Positions 62,809 through 64,000 of a stretch of 64,000 bases of DNA are shown one piece after another. The stretch covers positions 930,001 to 994,000 of the forward strand of contig MU053472.1 of assembly GCA_013239625.1 (NCBI GenBank), given 5' to 3'. Below the pieces are notes generated by a model. It made no database searches. It was not told the origin of the DNA and worked only from the letters and a program-made list of their open reading frames with translations. How positions within the stretch are numbered: position 1 is the first letter of the stretch; every line of letters begins with the position of its first letter. Source of the stretch: Lama guanicoe (lineage: Eukaryota). Position numbers and translations under genes: made by a program.

Positions 62809-62893
62809 TTTTTTAAATGGAGATACTGGGGATTGAACTCAGCACCTCCTGCATGCTAAGCATGTGCTCTACCACAGAGCTATACCCTCCCCC
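62809..62893 (-). mobile_element. tRNA-Ala-derived SINE (camelid Vic-1 type)
   Basis: Minus strand GGGGGAGGGTATAGCTCTGTGGTAGAGCACATGCTTAGCATGCAGGAGGTGCTGAGTTCAATCCCCAGTATCTCCATTT plus A tail; TSD ctgagtgttttct (62796-62808) / ctgggtgttttct (62894-62906). Confidence 0.85.
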
Positions 62894-63279
62894 CTGGGTG
62901 TTTTCTAATTACACCTGGGAAAGTGTGGCTGGAGCTTGTGACAAGCAGATTTTTCCCTTTATTGGATGCCAAGTACCATGCAGGGCACACCCCCACATGG
63001 CATCTTATTCCGTCTTCTCTATGCCCCAACAAGGTCCAGAGAGAGGCGGTGCCTCACCTAAGATCACAAAGCGAGGAAGAACCAGGGCTGGGTGGGAATT
63101 AGTTCTGTCTGCAGGTGGTTGGAGGCCAAGGGGGTCTTCCCCTACCCAGATTGCCCCCCTCCCAACCTCCCAGCCAGGGGCACTGGTGGGGAAATGCAAT
63201 CACATGCACAAGGTGGGAGGGAGCTTGCTGTTCCAATTCATAGATGAGGAAACTGAGGCCGAGCAAAGATAAGAAGCTC

Positions 63280-63630
63280 GACTGAGGCTAGAGGCTCCAC
63301 TTCTGAGATGACTCACTCCCATGGCTGTTGGCAGGAAGCCTCAGTTCTTTACTGGCTGTCAGCAGAAGGCTTCAGCTCCTTGTTACATGGGCCTTTTCAC
63401 AGGGCTGCTTAAATGTCCTTGTGACCCGACAGCTGGCTTCCCCCTGAGTGATCCACAGGAATGCAAAGAGGAAGGTGCAGTGCCTTTTGTGCCCTAATAT
63501 CCTAAATCACACACTGTCACTCTGCCTTTTTTGGTTGTTAGAAGGAACCCATGTTCTAGAGGAAGGGAATTTGACTCCATCTTTGGAAGTGAGAACCATC
63601 AAAGAATTTTAGTATTTTAAATCCACCACA
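63280..63630 (-). mobile_element. MLT1 LTR (MLT1F/G-like)
   Basis: ctcactcccatggctgttggcaggaagcctcagttc...cagctggcttcccc...ttttaaatccaccaca. Confidence 0.8.
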
Positions 63631-63712
63631 GTGTGTGAGGTGGGGTCAGGGCACTGGGATTTTAAACACTCCCCTGGTGACTCTAACATGCAGTCGGGAC
63701 TGAGACCCACTG
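63631..63712. mobile_element. MER5A-like fragment
   Basis: ttttaaacactcccctggtgactctaacatgcagtcgggactgagacccactg. Confidence 0.7.
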
Positions 63713-64000
63713 AGATGGAAAGTCACCACCTGGAGGGGGTTGAGAAGGGAGACTCAGCAGGACATGACTTCAGGGCTGAGCCAGCCCCCAAGTCCTCCTT
63801 CCCCAGGGAAGCCCACATCGGCAGTCTCAGCCCAGGTCCCCTCCCCGGCCCCTCCCTCACCCCTTCCAGCTCACCTCCTCTGGAGGCCTTCTCAGAGACC
63901 CCCACCCACAGGCTGCAGGCCCCCAGCCCAGCATCAGCCCTGCACTAGCTGCCTCTGGGTCTGGTTTCAGGCCTGTGCAAACGTATGGGTTGGTGTGAGC

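Noticed and set aside
62809..62893. Functional tRNA-Ala gene
   Set aside because: A tail, flanking TSD, extra 5' bases and mismatched stems indicate a SINE.
1..64000. Naming the host gene or locus
   Set aside because: No exon or sequence recognised with confidence; this needs a BLAT or synteny search.

Overview
Mammalian non-coding genomic DNA, most likely from a camelid (alpaca/llama/camel), judged by a tRNA-Ala-derived Vic-1-type SINE at ~62.8 kb and cetartiodactyl-type L1 tails. I find no supportable protein-coding exon, RNA gene or CRISPR array; the listed ORFs read as chance ORFs in repeats, low-complexity or GC-rich DNA. The background is old interspersed repeats (MIR, L2, L1M, MLT1, LTR16, MER3/5/58, Tigger2-type) plus a few younger insertions with readable target-site duplications. 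About a dozen repeat-free islands of 0.2-1 kb are rich in homeodomain, GATA, SOX/POU, ONECUT and PBX-HOX motifs, and three lie in or beside small orphan CpG-rich patches. This resembles the enhancer landscape (gene desert or large intron) of a developmental regulator, but I cannot name the gene and cannot measure conservation here. Best directly visible observations: a ~2.03-kb near-identical tandem duplication (45216-49281), 11 GATA sites in ~885 bp (16196-17080), a SOX-OCT composite site (12462-12476), a solo ERV LTR with a CCAAT array, and two L1 tails stacked at one target site. Repeat family names come from recalled consensus sequences and most repeat boundaries are approximate.
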